Part shown: piece by piece, positions 18,347 through 28,676 of the stretch
Layout: the number at the start of each line of letters is the position of its first letter
How positions within the stretch are numbered: position 1 is the stretch's first letter
Source: Bacillaceae bacterium
Lineage (GTDB): Bacteria > Bacillota > Bacilli > JACDOE01
NCBI GenBank assembly: GCA_017656255.1
Contig: JACDOE010000010.1
Span: forward strand, 36,400-100,399
Direction of reading: 5' to 3'
DNA: 64,000 nt
Position numbers and translations under genes: made by a program
Notes under the pieces: model-generated
The model's input: only the letters and a program-made list of their open reading frames with translations
Told to the model about the DNA's origin: nothing
Databases searched by the model: none

Positions 18347-19618
18347 TTACTTTTCACCTCTTGCTTTAACCAAAACTCCCTGAGTGGTATAAACCCCGTC
18401 TACACAATCGCCAATACTTAAATGATGAATCTCAAAATCTCGTTCATCAAAAATCTCACTTATCCATTGTTTAAATTCATTTGTCCCCATTTCCCATTTA
18501 TGATCTTCATGCCGATATTCATCCAGGGAATAATACTTATTAAAATCATGATTTGGAGTCGTTATAATAATGGATTCAAAATGAATGTCATCAAGAATTG
18601 TTAAAATTAGTTTTTTAGCCTCATCCTTCTCCATGTGTTCAATGACTTCTGTAAGGATGACATCAACTAATTCCCCATTGTAATCTTCAATAAAATCCTC
18701 AATGGATCCATAAGTTAATATATTTTCAATACCCCTTTTTTTAATTCTTGCATCCAGCGAACGAATGATATCTTCATCAATGTCAATGGCATAATAGTAT
18801 TTGTCACCTATACTTTCGGAGAAAAGAAAGGCATAATAACCTTCCCCACATCCAACATCAACAATTGGTTTGTTGAAGGGTAATAACTTTTTTATCGCTT
18901 CTCTTCTTTGGTGAGCTGTATGTCCGTAAGAAAAGTTTATGTCATACCTTTGTGTTTCTTCCAGGCTTTCTTTAAATTTTGAAAATAATTTCCTGCTGGT
19001 AAGTATGTTTCGTGCAAACAGATACCTTATAAAAAACGGAGCATCCAGGACTTTAATTTGATTAACATACTTTTCAATCAAACTATCTGTAACATCAAGG
19101 TATTCGTTACCTATTAAAGATAAAAATAAAAACAATAGATTAGCTGTATTCAATAAATCATAAATACTTTTGTTCGTTTTGATTTTAATTGAATAGCTCT
19201 TGTGAGATTGATGAATCATTTCGATAGAGAAATCCTCAAAATGTTTGCTAAAAAAATCTATATATCTTGGTAGTGTGATATGAACCATATTCACAAATAA
19301 TTCATTTTCATATCCTTCAAGATCATTATCATACCGGTTTTTGATTGTGGAATTAAAGAATTCTGTCATTGCGTTTAATGGAAAAAGAGGTGTATTATAT
19401 CTTGAAACATTTAGATATTCAAAGCTTTCTTCTTTATGTTGCTTGTAAGATATCTCGTTGTCAGCGTCCTTAAAATATATATTGTAGGTTTGATCATCAG
19501 AATACCAGCCAAACGCAATTCCCTGTCTGACTGTACGCAACATCATGCCTGAAGCTGGATTTTTGCGTATTAAAAAAGAAAAGTGCGGATTCGTTGATTT
19601 TAACTGAACAATAGCCAT
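18347..19618 (-). CDS. hen1: Hen1-like RNA 3'-terminal ribose 2'-O-methyltransferase
   Basis: 423 aa; C-terminal class I MTase motif (VDVGCGEGYY); stop abuts the pnkp start. Confidence 0.7.
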   Translation of the reverse strand: MAIVQLKSTNPHFSFLIRKNPASGMMLRTVRQGIAFGWYSDDQTYNIYFKDADNEISYKQHKEESFEYLNVSRYNTPLFPLNAMTEFFNSTIKNRYDNDLEGYENELFVNMVHITLPRYIDFFSKHFEDFSIEMIHQSHKSYSIKIKTNKSIYDLLNTANLLFLFLSLIGNEYLDVTDSLIEKYVNQIKVLDAPFFIRYLFARNILTSRKLFSKFKESLEETQRYDINFSYGHTAHQRREAIKKLLPFNKPIVDVGCGEGYYAFLFSESIGDKYYYAIDIDEDIIRSLDARIKKRGIENILTYGSIEDFIEDYNGELVDVILTEVIEHMEKDEAKKLILTILDDIHFESIIITTPNHDFNKYYSLDEYRHEDHKWEMGTNEFKQWISEIFDERDFEIHHLSIGDCVDGVYTTQGVLVKARGEK

Positions 19619-19773
19619 CTACTTTCACTCCTGTTATTTCCCTCAATCATTTTCCAATAAACCAATAAACTTTAATTGCTATACTAACCTGATTCCCAGT
19701 TCAAAAGAATAATCAAATAAAATATGAAAAGAGGAAAAATGTAGTCCCCTTTTCCTAGTGCTTGGTAAAAATA

Positions 19774-21105
19774 TCATGCTTTTGAAGATATACAACACAA
19801 CATAAAGAGACCAATTATGAATCCATATAAGATTAAAATCCAGTAGCATAAACTTAACACATACTTTCTTTTGATTCGTCGTCTCATCTGAATCCAATAT
19901 TCAATTATAGAGGCTTTAAGTAATATTCGGACATAAAAAAATTGATATATCATAACTAGCAATATAATCCCCGCTGTCATTATTGTCGCAAGTAACAACT
20001 TGAACCAAAAAGAAACAGTTTGAATATCAATCATCATAATAAATAGTAATATGCTGCCCCCTGTTCCTAATGCAATCAGTAACAGCATAGATAAAGAAGC
20101 AATAATTCTTTTAGATAGGGAAATATGGTCAATATTTAACGTTTCCTCCAAAACTTCTTTGTTCTCCTCATGATTTTTTAGTTCGTCAAGATTTTCAATA
20201 CCTCTTAAATCAAAAAAGTCTCTAAACTTATCTAAAAACCACTTAGCTATATCATGTGCATCTTTTTCAAGTTCTTCAGAACGAAGAGATAATTGGATAT
20301 ACTTTTCATCTTTATCTGTCGTGTCTTCAATAACACCTTTAACTCCCTCTCCCCTTCTATCAATCTGGATATACATAAGTAATTGATCCTCTTTAATTTG
20401 AAAAATTATCTGAATTTCATCCATCTTATCCCATAGAATTTCCTTTATCGGTTTAAAATCGTATATAAACATAAAAGGTTTCTCATCACTATAGGTATAA
20501 AAAGAGTTGAAATTCATTCTCATATTATCAATAGACACATGGGATTCTGTTTTTAAATTCTTTTTATATCCTTGCCAATTTTTAAACTGATACAAAATGT
20601 AAGATAATGAAAAACCAAGTTCTTTCTGAAGAGCTTCAATTACTTTTTGTACCCATGGATGAGGGAAAACATTAATTTCGTTATATTCCTTCCAATTTGG
20701 CCACTTGTCAAGGGAGCATATCGTGTCAATCGATATATGAAAGAATCCTTTAGAAACCAAATCCTTATCTCCATTTTCTGATTCTTTTACATTGTGAACG
20801 GCAATAGGGGTATCATAGGGAACCTGAAAAGAAAAGGAAAATTCTAATTTTTCACCAATTTCAATTTTACGTTCTTTTGCAATCGTAGTTTTTAACAGTG
20901 GGACACGAGAATATATTAAGTCGTCACGGGTATCCATTTTTGTTGTAATCTGAATGACTAATTCCTTAATTATTCTTTCCTGTATTCCTCCCTGAACTAT
21001 TACTTTGCCCGATACTTGTTCACCGGGGCGGTAATAATTTTTATCCAGAATAGTCTTGATTGCTATATCTCCATGTCTTAGCCTCCAAAGCTTTTTTCTT
21101 AACAT
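19774..21105 (-). CDS. Spo0M-like (arrestin-like) protein fused to a C-terminal multi-pass membrane domain
   Basis: N-terminus DKNYYRPGEQVSGKVIVQGG resembles Spo0M; the C-terminal ~130 aa are strongly hydrophobic. Confidence 0.45.
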   Translation of the reverse strand: MLRKKLWRLRHGDIAIKTILDKNYYRPGEQVSGKVIVQGGIQERIIKELVIQITTKMDTRDDLIYSRVPLLKTTIAKERKIEIGEKLEFSFSFQVPYDTPIAVHNVKESENGDKDLVSKGFFHISIDTICSLDKWPNWKEYNEINVFPHPWVQKVIEALQKELGFSLSYILYQFKNWQGYKKNLKTESHVSIDNMRMNFNSFYTYSDEKPFMFIYDFKPIKEILWDKMDEIQIIFQIKEDQLLMYIQIDRRGEGVKGVIEDTTDKDEKYIQLSLRSEELEKDAHDIAKWFLDKFRDFFDLRGIENLDELKNHEENKEVLEETLNIDHISLSKRIIASLSMLLLIALGTGGSILLFIMMIDIQTVSFWFKLLLATIMTAGIILLVMIYQFFYVRILLKASIIEYWIQMRRRIKRKYVLSLCYWILILYGFIIGLFMLCCISSKA

Positions 21106-21664
21106 ATTTTCACCTACTCCTTAAAAGCCTTTTATCAATTTCATATTCTACAAATTTCAACAATTACCTTTAAGTAGAAAAGGCATAAAGAAAGGAGATA
21201 AATATTGCCGCTAATCCCCATGGCTAAATAATGGGCCAAAAGAGAGTAAGATTGCAGATTGTCCTTATTATTATTTTGATCTGGCCAGTACATATCAGGG
21301 TGCTCTATAAGATATTCCTTTTAATCTTTGTAGTCGAATCTTTTGATACCCCCCATCTGAACTCTCGGAAGTGACAATTTCGATGTTAGCACCTAAATCT
21401 TTTAAACGGTTATATAATTATATCCCTTGATAACATTCTTAGAGCTATTTCAAATGTCCCCGATGTCGTTTATAATATGACTACCTTTTCTTATAAACTT
21501 CTTTTCTTCTGCTTTTTGTAGAATATGTTTTAGGTTAACTTCATAATATAAAAACTTGCCCCCAAACAAATTTTTCTCTAATGGTCTATTCCAGGTAATA
21601 CATAATCTGAAAAAGGCCAACCTTTTGTAGGAAAGCCAAACATATAAATACCCTCCCTAAAAAA

Positions 21665-22810
21665 TCAAAAAGATAAACCTTTAAAACCATGAGAGGTGGA
21701 AATGGCCAGGATTCTGTCAGATTCATCCACCTCATGTTTAAGTTGTGTGATAGCACTCCAGATCGTGGCTGACGACGTTTCCAAATACAATCCATATCTC
21801 CCTAATTCCTGTTGACTTTGCAACGCATTTTGAAGGTTAACGACTTTGACCAGGCCCTTTGTATCAGTAATCGTCTTTTTTAACTGATACGTTACCGTTG
21901 ACCCACTGATAGAAGGAAGGCCATCAGATACACCTGCAAAATGATTTCTGTAATCTTCACCTTTTATGACACGCGTTAATCTGGGAAACGGTTCCACCGC
22001 TACAAATTTTGGGATTTCATTAATCCATCCAAGTTCTCTGGCGTCCCTGAAACCGCGATATATGCCCCAGATTAAATCGCCTCGAGAAGCTGGCGCTACA
22101 ATAATACTCGGCAGCGTCTCTTTCAGTTCTTCCATAATTTCATAGGCAATCGTTTTATATCCTTCAACCCCAAACACATGACTGCCGACGGGTGGGTTAA
22201 TGAAATTTGTTGCAGGATACCACCCTTTGTTTGAAACGGCTTTCTCCATACAGTCCCAGCGACTCAATGAAGTTTGCGTATAAATCATTTTGGCTCCGGT
22301 CATTTTAATCGCTTTAGAGTATGTCTTCTGAATGGCATCCGTAGCGATAATGACACATTTCAGACCAGAAGCAGCACTATAACTGGCTATCGACACGCCG
22401 GCATTGCCTGATGAAGCGGCCACCACTGTCGAATACCCCATGTTCTTCGCTCTTGCCATGATGAGAGGACTCATTCGATCTTTGTGAGAACCGGTCGGAT
22501 TTTGAGCTTCATTTTTGATCCAGACATGGCGAACACCGATTTGTCTGGCTAAATCCCTTAATTCCATGATAGGAGTCGATCCTTCTCCCAATGTAGGAAA
22601 AGAACGATAAGGCAATAAATCGGTGTATCTTTGTAAGCCTCTTTGTGACCGGTCAATATTAACTTTTTGATAATCATACAGAGCAGTCAAACTGGCCGGA
22701 TACCCTTCTTCCAGACAAAGAGGACATCCTTTGAAATAATCTTTGACTTCAAAGATAGAATGACATCGAATGCATTGGAAACCGATCATATTTTTGTTTA
22801 ATTGATACAT
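21665..22810 (-). CDS. PLP-dependent threonine synthase-like enzyme with N-terminal zinc ribbon
   Basis: PLP-lysine motif TGSHKDR, glycine-rich SSGNAG loop, N-terminal CxxC...CxxC; start set at the internal Met with a GGGGA RBS. Confidence 0.55.
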   Translation of the reverse strand: MYQLNKNMIGFQCIRCHSIFEVKDYFKGCPLCLEEGYPASLTALYDYQKVNIDRSQRGLQRYTDLLPYRSFPTLGEGSTPIMELRDLARQIGVRHVWIKNEAQNPTGSHKDRMSPLIMARAKNMGYSTVVAASSGNAGVSIASYSAASGLKCVIIATDAIQKTYSKAIKMTGAKMIYTQTSLSRWDCMEKAVSNKGWYPATNFINPPVGSHVFGVEGYKTIAYEIMEELKETLPSIIVAPASRGDLIWGIYRGFRDARELGWINEIPKFVAVEPFPRLTRVIKGEDYRNHFAGVSDGLPSISGSTVTYQLKKTITDTKGLVKVVNLQNALQSQQELGRYGLYLETSSATIWSAITQLKHEVDESDRILAISTSHGFKGLSF

Positions 22811-23068
22811 GTTTAAAATCCCCTTCATGGAAATATGTTTTGAATCAAAACCCCAACAAAACATATACCGGATAAAGCTAAGCCAGGCCGCCATTCACAT
22901 CCCTGTCAGACCCGGACCTTATTCCATGCCTCCCTGCACTATTTGACAACCACCCAGTAAAATCCTTCCTTATAATGATTAAATCCCCATCAACCTAAAT
23001 ACATCCAAAGACTATACCGAAGTATAATATCTTCCACCGGTGCACCGTGATACATTATTGACAAAGAG

Positions 23069-23440
23069 ATGTTTTCAGGAGAGAAACGGAAACATCAATT
23101 AAAAGGAGAGATCATTTTGCTTGAAGAAAAAGTGGAAACGAAAGACGTTGAGGAAAACAAAGCGATGGGGATACTGGCTTACATTTTGTTTTTCATCCCC
23201 CTGCTTGCTGCCAGAGAATCAAAGTTTGCTATGTACCATGCCAACCAGGGGCTAAACCTGTTCTTAACCAGCGTGATCATAAACGTTGTCGGTACTATCA
23301 TTCCCCTTCTGGGCTGGCTGCTCATCCTGCCGATCGGAAACCTGTTTGTCATCATCCTGGCCGTCATGGGAATTATTCATGCGGCAAAAGGGGAAACCAA
23401 ACCGCTCCCCATTATCGGAAAATACAAACTGCTGAAATAA
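23069..23440 (+). CDS. Small membrane protein (DUF4870-like)
   Basis: Hydrophobic segments and a YHANQG motif; true start probably an internal Met. Confidence 0.4.
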   Translation: MFSGEKRKHQLKGEIILLEEKVETKDVEENKAMGILAYILFFIPLLAARESKFAMYHANQGLNLFLTSVIINVVGTIIPLLGWLLILPIGNLFVIILAVMGIIHAAKGETKPLPIIGKYKLLK

Positions 23441-23513
23441 CCAAACCTGCCATCGAGTATGCAGATATCGAGTTGGCCAGGATATCTGCATCTCATCCCA
23501 TTATCCCGTCATC

Positions 23514-25544
23514 TCACATAAACCGTTTCATCAATTGTAACCGGTTCTTGACCCCGGTCTTTTTAAGAATGCTGCTGACATGCTTTTTCACCGTAATCTC
23601 CGTGACATGCAGCTGTTTCGCTATCTCTTTATTGGAGAGCTCCTGCAGGATCAGTTTGACAATTTCTTTTTCCCGTTCCGTCAATTGAAACTGTTCAGCC
23701 AGCTCATGCAGATTCTGATCCTCAGCAAACAGGTGGGACGTGATCTTCTTAAGATAGTGAGCCAGTTTCGGCCCGCGCAAATCCAGCACATAAGTGGGAG
23801 AGGGCTGATCAGGACCGTAGTCATAGTGAGTGGCACCATCCACCTGTTGATATCCCATTCGTTTGTTAAGTTCCTGATAAAAAGGGATCGGCGTAGATAC
23901 AATAATGCGTCCACCGGTGAGAAGAAGAGGAAAGAGGTTATACAGGAGAAACGAGCGGATATCCGCATTGGTCGGATCAAGAACATCCAGCATCCGGATA
24001 AACCACCCGGCACACCGATCTTCTCGGACCGCATATTCCTTTTCTTCATCCGGGCTTAGACGGCTAAAATACGCTCTCGAGACAGGCTCCGTTTTCAGGT
24101 GAGGCAGAGTGCGTTCATTGATGGGGACAATGATGGACAGACCCAGCGTCTCACCCTGCCTGTTTTTAACCAGTTTTGCCGAATCATACCCCATTTTTTT
24201 CACATAATCGGCACCGATTAATTCCGATTCCTTTTTGTTATGCTGGGCTGTAACATAATAATGATACATTTCATCGGTTTCCCGGTTATAAAAATGGGCA
24301 CTTGTTTCGATCGCCTGTTTTTTTCGCCTGTCAAAGTACTCTTCTATCTCGTGAAAATTGTGGGGCCCTACGTGTTCAATATACTTGTCATCATCCAGCG
24401 CCCCCTGGAAAAAGGTGGATTGAATAACCCTGTCCCCCATATGGTAAAAGAACTGGGCCACATCCCAGTAGGATACAGATTGTTCGTTAATTTTGTTGTA
24501 ATAATAAGTCATGGCTCGCTGGCGCAAAGCCTGGCACCGATCCGGATTTCGCTGTTGCAATTCAACTTTAATGGCATCACCGATCAATTCATGCAACATC
24601 CAGCCACGGCTGTTCTTTTTAATAAAGGAGAGTGAGACGAATGCTTTAAATTGAGAGGCGGAAATTTCCTGCTCCAGCAGAAATGAAAGAGAGGATTGAT
24701 CGAAGTGTCCCATGACGGCCGCCGCTTCCAGCATATCATGCCACTCCGGTTCCGATACTTCTTCCAGCCATTTGTGGGTAAGCTCCGTTAAGATATCTAT
24801 TTTTTCATCTGCTTCCGGGAGAGATGACAGATTTTCCTCCCCGGCCATCACGGCCAGCGACAGCGTGAGCGGGTGTCCCTGGCTGAACAGCCACAGATTA
24901 CGAATCGTCCTGTCTTCTTTAATGTCATAGCGATTTAAATACTGGCGGGTTTGCGAACGGGTAAACTCCTTAATCTCAAGCTTTTGGACCATCCTTCGCC
25001 ACGCCGGCGATTGCGACCAGGTTCCGGACAACGGAAACCGGCCGGCAAGGATGATCTTCACCTGCCCGGGGAGTTGTTCCAGAAAGAACTCTCGAATCCA
25101 GCGATCCATATCACCCATTTTTTCATAGGTGTCAATGGCGATAACCACCCGGTTATCCCGGACCAGCTTTTCCAGCATATTGACCACGTAGGTCAGACTA
25201 CTGGAATGGTTTGAAAGTGGCATGTTCAACTGGCTCTCCAGCGCAGCCAGCAGATTGTGGGCCAGTGTAAATGGTGAGTGCAGAAAGTCCTGGCTGTCCA
25301 GCATCAGGAAAATCACATCTTTTTCACGTTCAGCCACCCTCTGAAAGGCGTGAAGCAGATACGTCTTGCCGGTTCCACCGGTTCCGTACAGATTGAGAAC
25401 ACGTGGGGTTTCTTCACGTTGTTGAAGAAAACGGCGAAATACATCCAATTCTTTTTCCCGTCCGACAAAGAAATGCTCTTCCATCCTGCTTACAGCCGAA
25501 CCCATTTTTCCCACTTGCTTGTTCGGCTCTTTAGAAACTTCCAT
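23514..25544 (-). CDS. ATPase-domain (STAND/MalT-like) LuxR-family transcriptional regulator
   Basis: N-terminal Walker A (GTGGTGKT); C-terminal LuxR HTH (LTEREKEIVKL...NKEIAKQLHVTEITVKKH). Confidence 0.65.
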   Translation of the reverse strand: MEVSKEPNKQVGKMGSAVSRMEEHFFVGREKELDVFRRFLQQREETPRVLNLYGTGGTGKTYLLHAFQRVAEREKDVIFLMLDSQDFLHSPFTLAHNLLAALESQLNMPLSNHSSSLTYVVNMLEKLVRDNRVVIAIDTYEKMGDMDRWIREFFLEQLPGQVKIILAGRFPLSGTWSQSPAWRRMVQKLEIKEFTRSQTRQYLNRYDIKEDRTIRNLWLFSQGHPLTLSLAVMAGEENLSSLPEADEKIDILTELTHKWLEEVSEPEWHDMLEAAAVMGHFDQSSLSFLLEQEISASQFKAFVSLSFIKKNSRGWMLHELIGDAIKVELQQRNPDRCQALRQRAMTYYYNKINEQSVSYWDVAQFFYHMGDRVIQSTFFQGALDDDKYIEHVGPHNFHEIEEYFDRRKKQAIETSAHFYNRETDEMYHYYVTAQHNKKESELIGADYVKKMGYDSAKLVKNRQGETLGLSIIVPINERTLPHLKTEPVSRAYFSRLSPDEEKEYAVREDRCAGWFIRMLDVLDPTNADIRSFLLYNLFPLLLTGGRIIVSTPIPFYQELNKRMGYQQVDGATHYDYGPDQPSPTYVLDLRGPKLAHYLKKITSHLFAEDQNLHELAEQFQLTEREKEIVKLILQELSNKEIAKQLHVTEITVKKHVSSILKKTGVKNRLQLMKRFM

Positions 25545-25659
25545 TTCGCCTCAACTCAGCCCCCTTAACATAATGGTTAAATTAAATTTTACCAGCTATA
25601 CGATAAAAAGAAAGAGAAATATACATAAAATATCATTAAATAGACGGTAATCAGATGAC

Positions 25660-26781
25660 TTAATCGGTTATACGGCTGTGACGTTTTTGAAAATCCACAC
25701 CCGGATAATATACATTTTTAACCAGAAGATTGGGGCCCAGACACTTGACTTCCGGGCAATGACAACTGAGACTCCCTGCTGTTTCAGATGCGACCCATTT
25801 TTGATAGGCCTCATGTAACGTATCCTGTTGAATGTGTCCCAGCGGGGGTTCATCACCGAAGTCCGTCACGATGATCTCACCGGTGAAAATATTGACATTT
25901 AGCCGAGAACGTCCGTCGGGATCATTGCGAACGGTGACGTTTTTTTCCTGGTGGAGTCGTTTTAACAGGTGCAGGTCTTGTTCACGGTCACTGCACGCAA
26001 AAAAGGGCAATGTTCCGAACAGTAGCCAGATGTCCGGGTGACGGTGATCCAGCAGTGTATGGATCGCCTGCCTGATTTCATCGAGAGAAAGAGTGTCCAG
26101 GTTACCGGCAAAATCGCTGGGATACATCGGATGGACCTCATGCCTCCTGCAACCCATTTCGGCGATCTGGTGATGGATCTCTTTTAAATAGGGAACCGTT
26201 CGCTTATTTAACATGGTCTCCGCCGAAATGAACACACCTGCATCCGCCAATACCTTCGCATTCTTGATCATGCGCTCAAAATAGGCGACGCGCTGCTGAT
26301 AGGACGGCTTTCGTTCCATCATGGCGAACCCGAATTCAGCAAACTCTGCTTCGGTTCCCCAGTTGTGTGAAATATGCAGCACATCCAGATACGGGATAAT
26401 CTTCTCGTAACGTTTCAGGTCCAGCGTCAGATTGGAATTGATCTGGGTACGGACACCCCGCTCGCGAGCATATTTTAACAGCGGCACCACGTATTCTTCC
26501 ACGGATTTCATGGATAGCATGGGTTCACCGCCGGTGATGCTTAAAGCCCTTAACTTCGGTACTTCTTCCAGGCGTTGAATCAAGAGATCAAGTGGAAGAG
26601 CCTCCGGATCTCTGCTCTGCAGGGTTTCACCCACGGCGCAGTGCCCGCACCGCATATTGCACAGGGTCGTCGTAGTAAATTCGACATTGGTTAATTGAAG
26701 TTGACCGTATTGTTCGACATCCAGATACGCTTCCCACGGATCAAAAGAAGGGGAAATGTGCTGTTGTTTTATTGTATTCAT
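25660..26781 (-). CDS. Radical SAM domain protein
   Basis: CNMRCGHC (Cx3Cx2C) cluster near the N-terminus and a glycine-rich SAM motif (SITGGEP). Confidence 0.6.
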   Translation of the reverse strand: MNTIKQQHISPSFDPWEAYLDVEQYGQLQLTNVEFTTTTLCNMRCGHCAVGETLQSRDPEALPLDLLIQRLEEVPKLRALSITGGEPMLSMKSVEEYVVPLLKYARERGVRTQINSNLTLDLKRYEKIIPYLDVLHISHNWGTEAEFAEFGFAMMERKPSYQQRVAYFERMIKNAKVLADAGVFISAETMLNKRTVPYLKEIHHQIAEMGCRRHEVHPMYPSDFAGNLDTLSLDEIRQAIHTLLDHRHPDIWLLFGTLPFFACSDREQDLHLLKRLHQEKNVTVRNDPDGRSRLNVNIFTGEIIVTDFGDEPPLGHIQQDTLHEAYQKWVASETAGSLSCHCPEVKCLGPNLLVKNVYYPGVDFQKRHSRITD

Positions 26782-26863
26782 GCGTCATCACCTTTTTTAC
26801 ATGGAAATCAGGGTCAAGTCTATGATAGCGTAAAATCGTATTTTATCAATGAGTGAATTCGCT

Positions 26864-26903
26864 TTGTTACACCCATACTCGCGGGTATGTTTGTAACAGA
26901 ACT
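26864..26903. repeat. Intergenic palindromic repeat, copy 2
   Basis: TTTGTTACACCCATACTCGCGGGTATGTTTGTAACAGAAC between the radical SAM and TetR genes. Confidence 0.55.
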
Positions 26904-26967
26904 TAAGGTAAATGCAATAAAATTCCTCACCTCCATCATTGAGGTGAGGGTATTGGTGAAATCGGAT

Positions 26968-27630
26968 TTATTCCTTTCTCCGTGACAACCCGTGCATCAA
27001 AAACTGAATCGTATGCTCAATCTCCACATCATCATCCCAGTCCCTTTCAGGGAGAACCAGAAACCGGGTAATCAAATAACCGACAATCGTGGTAATCGTC
27101 ATACGTATCACAGTCTCTGGCGGCAGCTCGATGATTTCCCCTTTTTGCTGAAAATGAGAGACAATCTTTCTAAATTTGTCATAGACATGTTCCACAAAGA
27201 TGTGACGATATTGTTCCTTGATTTCAGGGTGAAAAGCCAACTCCTGCAAAAATATCTTGATCATCGGCAGGTGCTTTTTCACAAAATCAAAGCGGTTGCG
27301 AATCAGGGCCCGAATGAAATTCTCATAACTCTGGTAATCATCTTCAAACACTTTCTGGGCAAAATCCCGGGCCAAAAAAGGAGCCACCACCCGGGTCAGC
27401 ACGGGTGTGACAATGGCCATCAACAGATCCTTTTTCGTTTTGTAGTGACGAAAAATGGTTCCTTCCGCCACCCCTGCTTTTCTGGCGATCTCACTGGTGG
27501 ACGTTGCCGCATACCCTTTTTCCGAGAACATCTCGATCGCCGCTTCCAGGATCTTTACTTTTTTTTCACTCATTTTTTCCTGCTCGTCACCGGCCTGCAA
27601 CAGTTCCCGCAGCAGCTCCTGTTCGGTCAT
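26968..27630 (-). CDS. TetR/AcrR-family transcriptional regulator
   Basis: N-terminal TetR HTH (ILEAAIEMFSEKGYAATSTSEIARKAGVAEGTIFRHY). Confidence 0.8.
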   Translation of the reverse strand: MTEQELLRELLQAGDEQEKMSEKKVKILEAAIEMFSEKGYAATSTSEIARKAGVAEGTIFRHYKTKKDLLMAIVTPVLTRVVAPFLARDFAQKVFEDDYQSYENFIRALIRNRFDFVKKHLPMIKIFLQELAFHPEIKEQYRHIFVEHVYDKFRKIVSHFQQKGEIIELPPETVIRMTITTIVGYLITRFLVLPERDWDDDVEIEHTIQFLMHGLSRRKE

Positions 27631-27650
27631 GATCCATCATCCTCTAACAT

Positions 27651-28676
27651 TTATAATCGACGGTGTTTTTTAAGAGCATAGACATTTAATATCATAAAAA
27701 ACAGAGAGAAGGCAAGCAAGATGTAGATATCGTGATCAATGAACGACCAGCCTTTTCCTCGAATCATCACTTCCCGCAGGGCATCTGCGCCATAAGTAAG
27801 CGGCATGATCACGCTTATAGACCTTAACCATTCCGCCATCGTGTCCAGATTGAACAATCCGGAAAAGAAAATCTGCGGAATCACCACCAGTGGAATAAAC
27901 TGCATCATCTGCAGTTCGTTATTGGCGAAGGCAGACAAAAGCGTCCCCAGCGTCAGCGCGGTCATCGCCAGCAAAAACGTGATTAACAGGACATATCCAA
28001 AAGAACCTGCCATCATGATGCCGAGTACCTTAATCGCAAACCAGGAAATAATACTGGCTTGAAACGTGGTGAATATACCAAACCCGAGTACGTATCCGGT
28101 GACAATCTCCCATCTTCTCAAAGGTGTGGCCAGCAGCCGTTCCAGTGTTCCGCCGGTCCGTTCACGCAGGAAAGAAACCCCGGAAATGATGAAAACAAAG
28201 AAAAAGATGAAAAAACCGATAAGCACCGGACCAAAATTGTCGAACAGGGACAAATCTTCCGCACCATACAGATACGTGACATCAGGACGAACACTTCGTT
28301 CCGATGGTTTCATGTTCTCAAACGCCTGCTGGAGAGCCTGCATCACTGCCCGATTGGCGGTCGGATCACTCCCTTCCAGTATAACAGAAGGTGTCATACC
28401 GTTCATCGTAATGAACGCATCGATTTCCTGATGGTCCATCGCCGTGTAAGCTTCCGGTTCCGTCATCCGATCCGTTTTTGCCCCTGTATCCGCCAGTTGG
28501 TCTTCAATCTGCTCCGGTACGTCCCCCACACCGATTACCGGGATATAATCCTCCCCGTTGAAGACCAGGTGCAGAAGCAAGAGAATAAACATCGGAGCTA
28601 CGATCATCAGAGCCAGTGTTCTTTTGTCCCGGAAAAACTGGCGGATAATACGGATCACAATCGCTCTCACTCTCAT
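27651..28676 (-). CDS. ABC-2 family transporter permease
   Basis: Multi-pass membrane protein directly downstream of and overlapping the ABC ATPase stop (ATGA); start set at the coupled ATG. Confidence 0.7.
   Translation of the reverse strand: MRVRAIVIRIIRQFFRDKRTLALMIVAPMFILLLLHLVFNGEDYIPVIGVGDVPEQIEDQLADTGAKTDRMTEPEAYTAMDHQEIDAFITMNGMTPSVILEGSDPTANRAVMQALQQAFENMKPSERSVRPDVTYLYGAEDLSLFDNFGPVLIGFFIFFFVFIISGVSFLRERTGGTLERLLATPLRRWEIVTGYVLGFGIFTTFQASIISWFAIKVLGIMMAGSFGYVLLITFLLAMTALTLGTLLSAFANNELQMMQFIPLVVIPQIFFSGLFNLDTMAEWLRSISVIMPLTYGADALREVMIRGKGWSFIDHDIYILLAFSLFFMILNVYALKKHRRL

Larger units (their letters stand above)
15562..21650. other. AT-rich accessory block C (Hen1-Pnkp RNA repair pair and Spo0M-like protein)
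   Basis: Low GC by eye between the sigK 5' fragment and the GC-normal PLP-enzyme gene; right boundary approximate. Confidence 0.45.

Noticed and set aside
19679-19897. 72-aa ORF overlapping the 3' end of the Spo0M-like gene
   Set aside because: Fully nested in a different frame of a longer, better-supported ORF.
21586-21795. 69-aa ORF overlapping the 3' end of the PLP-enzyme gene
   Set aside because: Overlaps the better-supported PLP-dependent enzyme ORF; no RBS.
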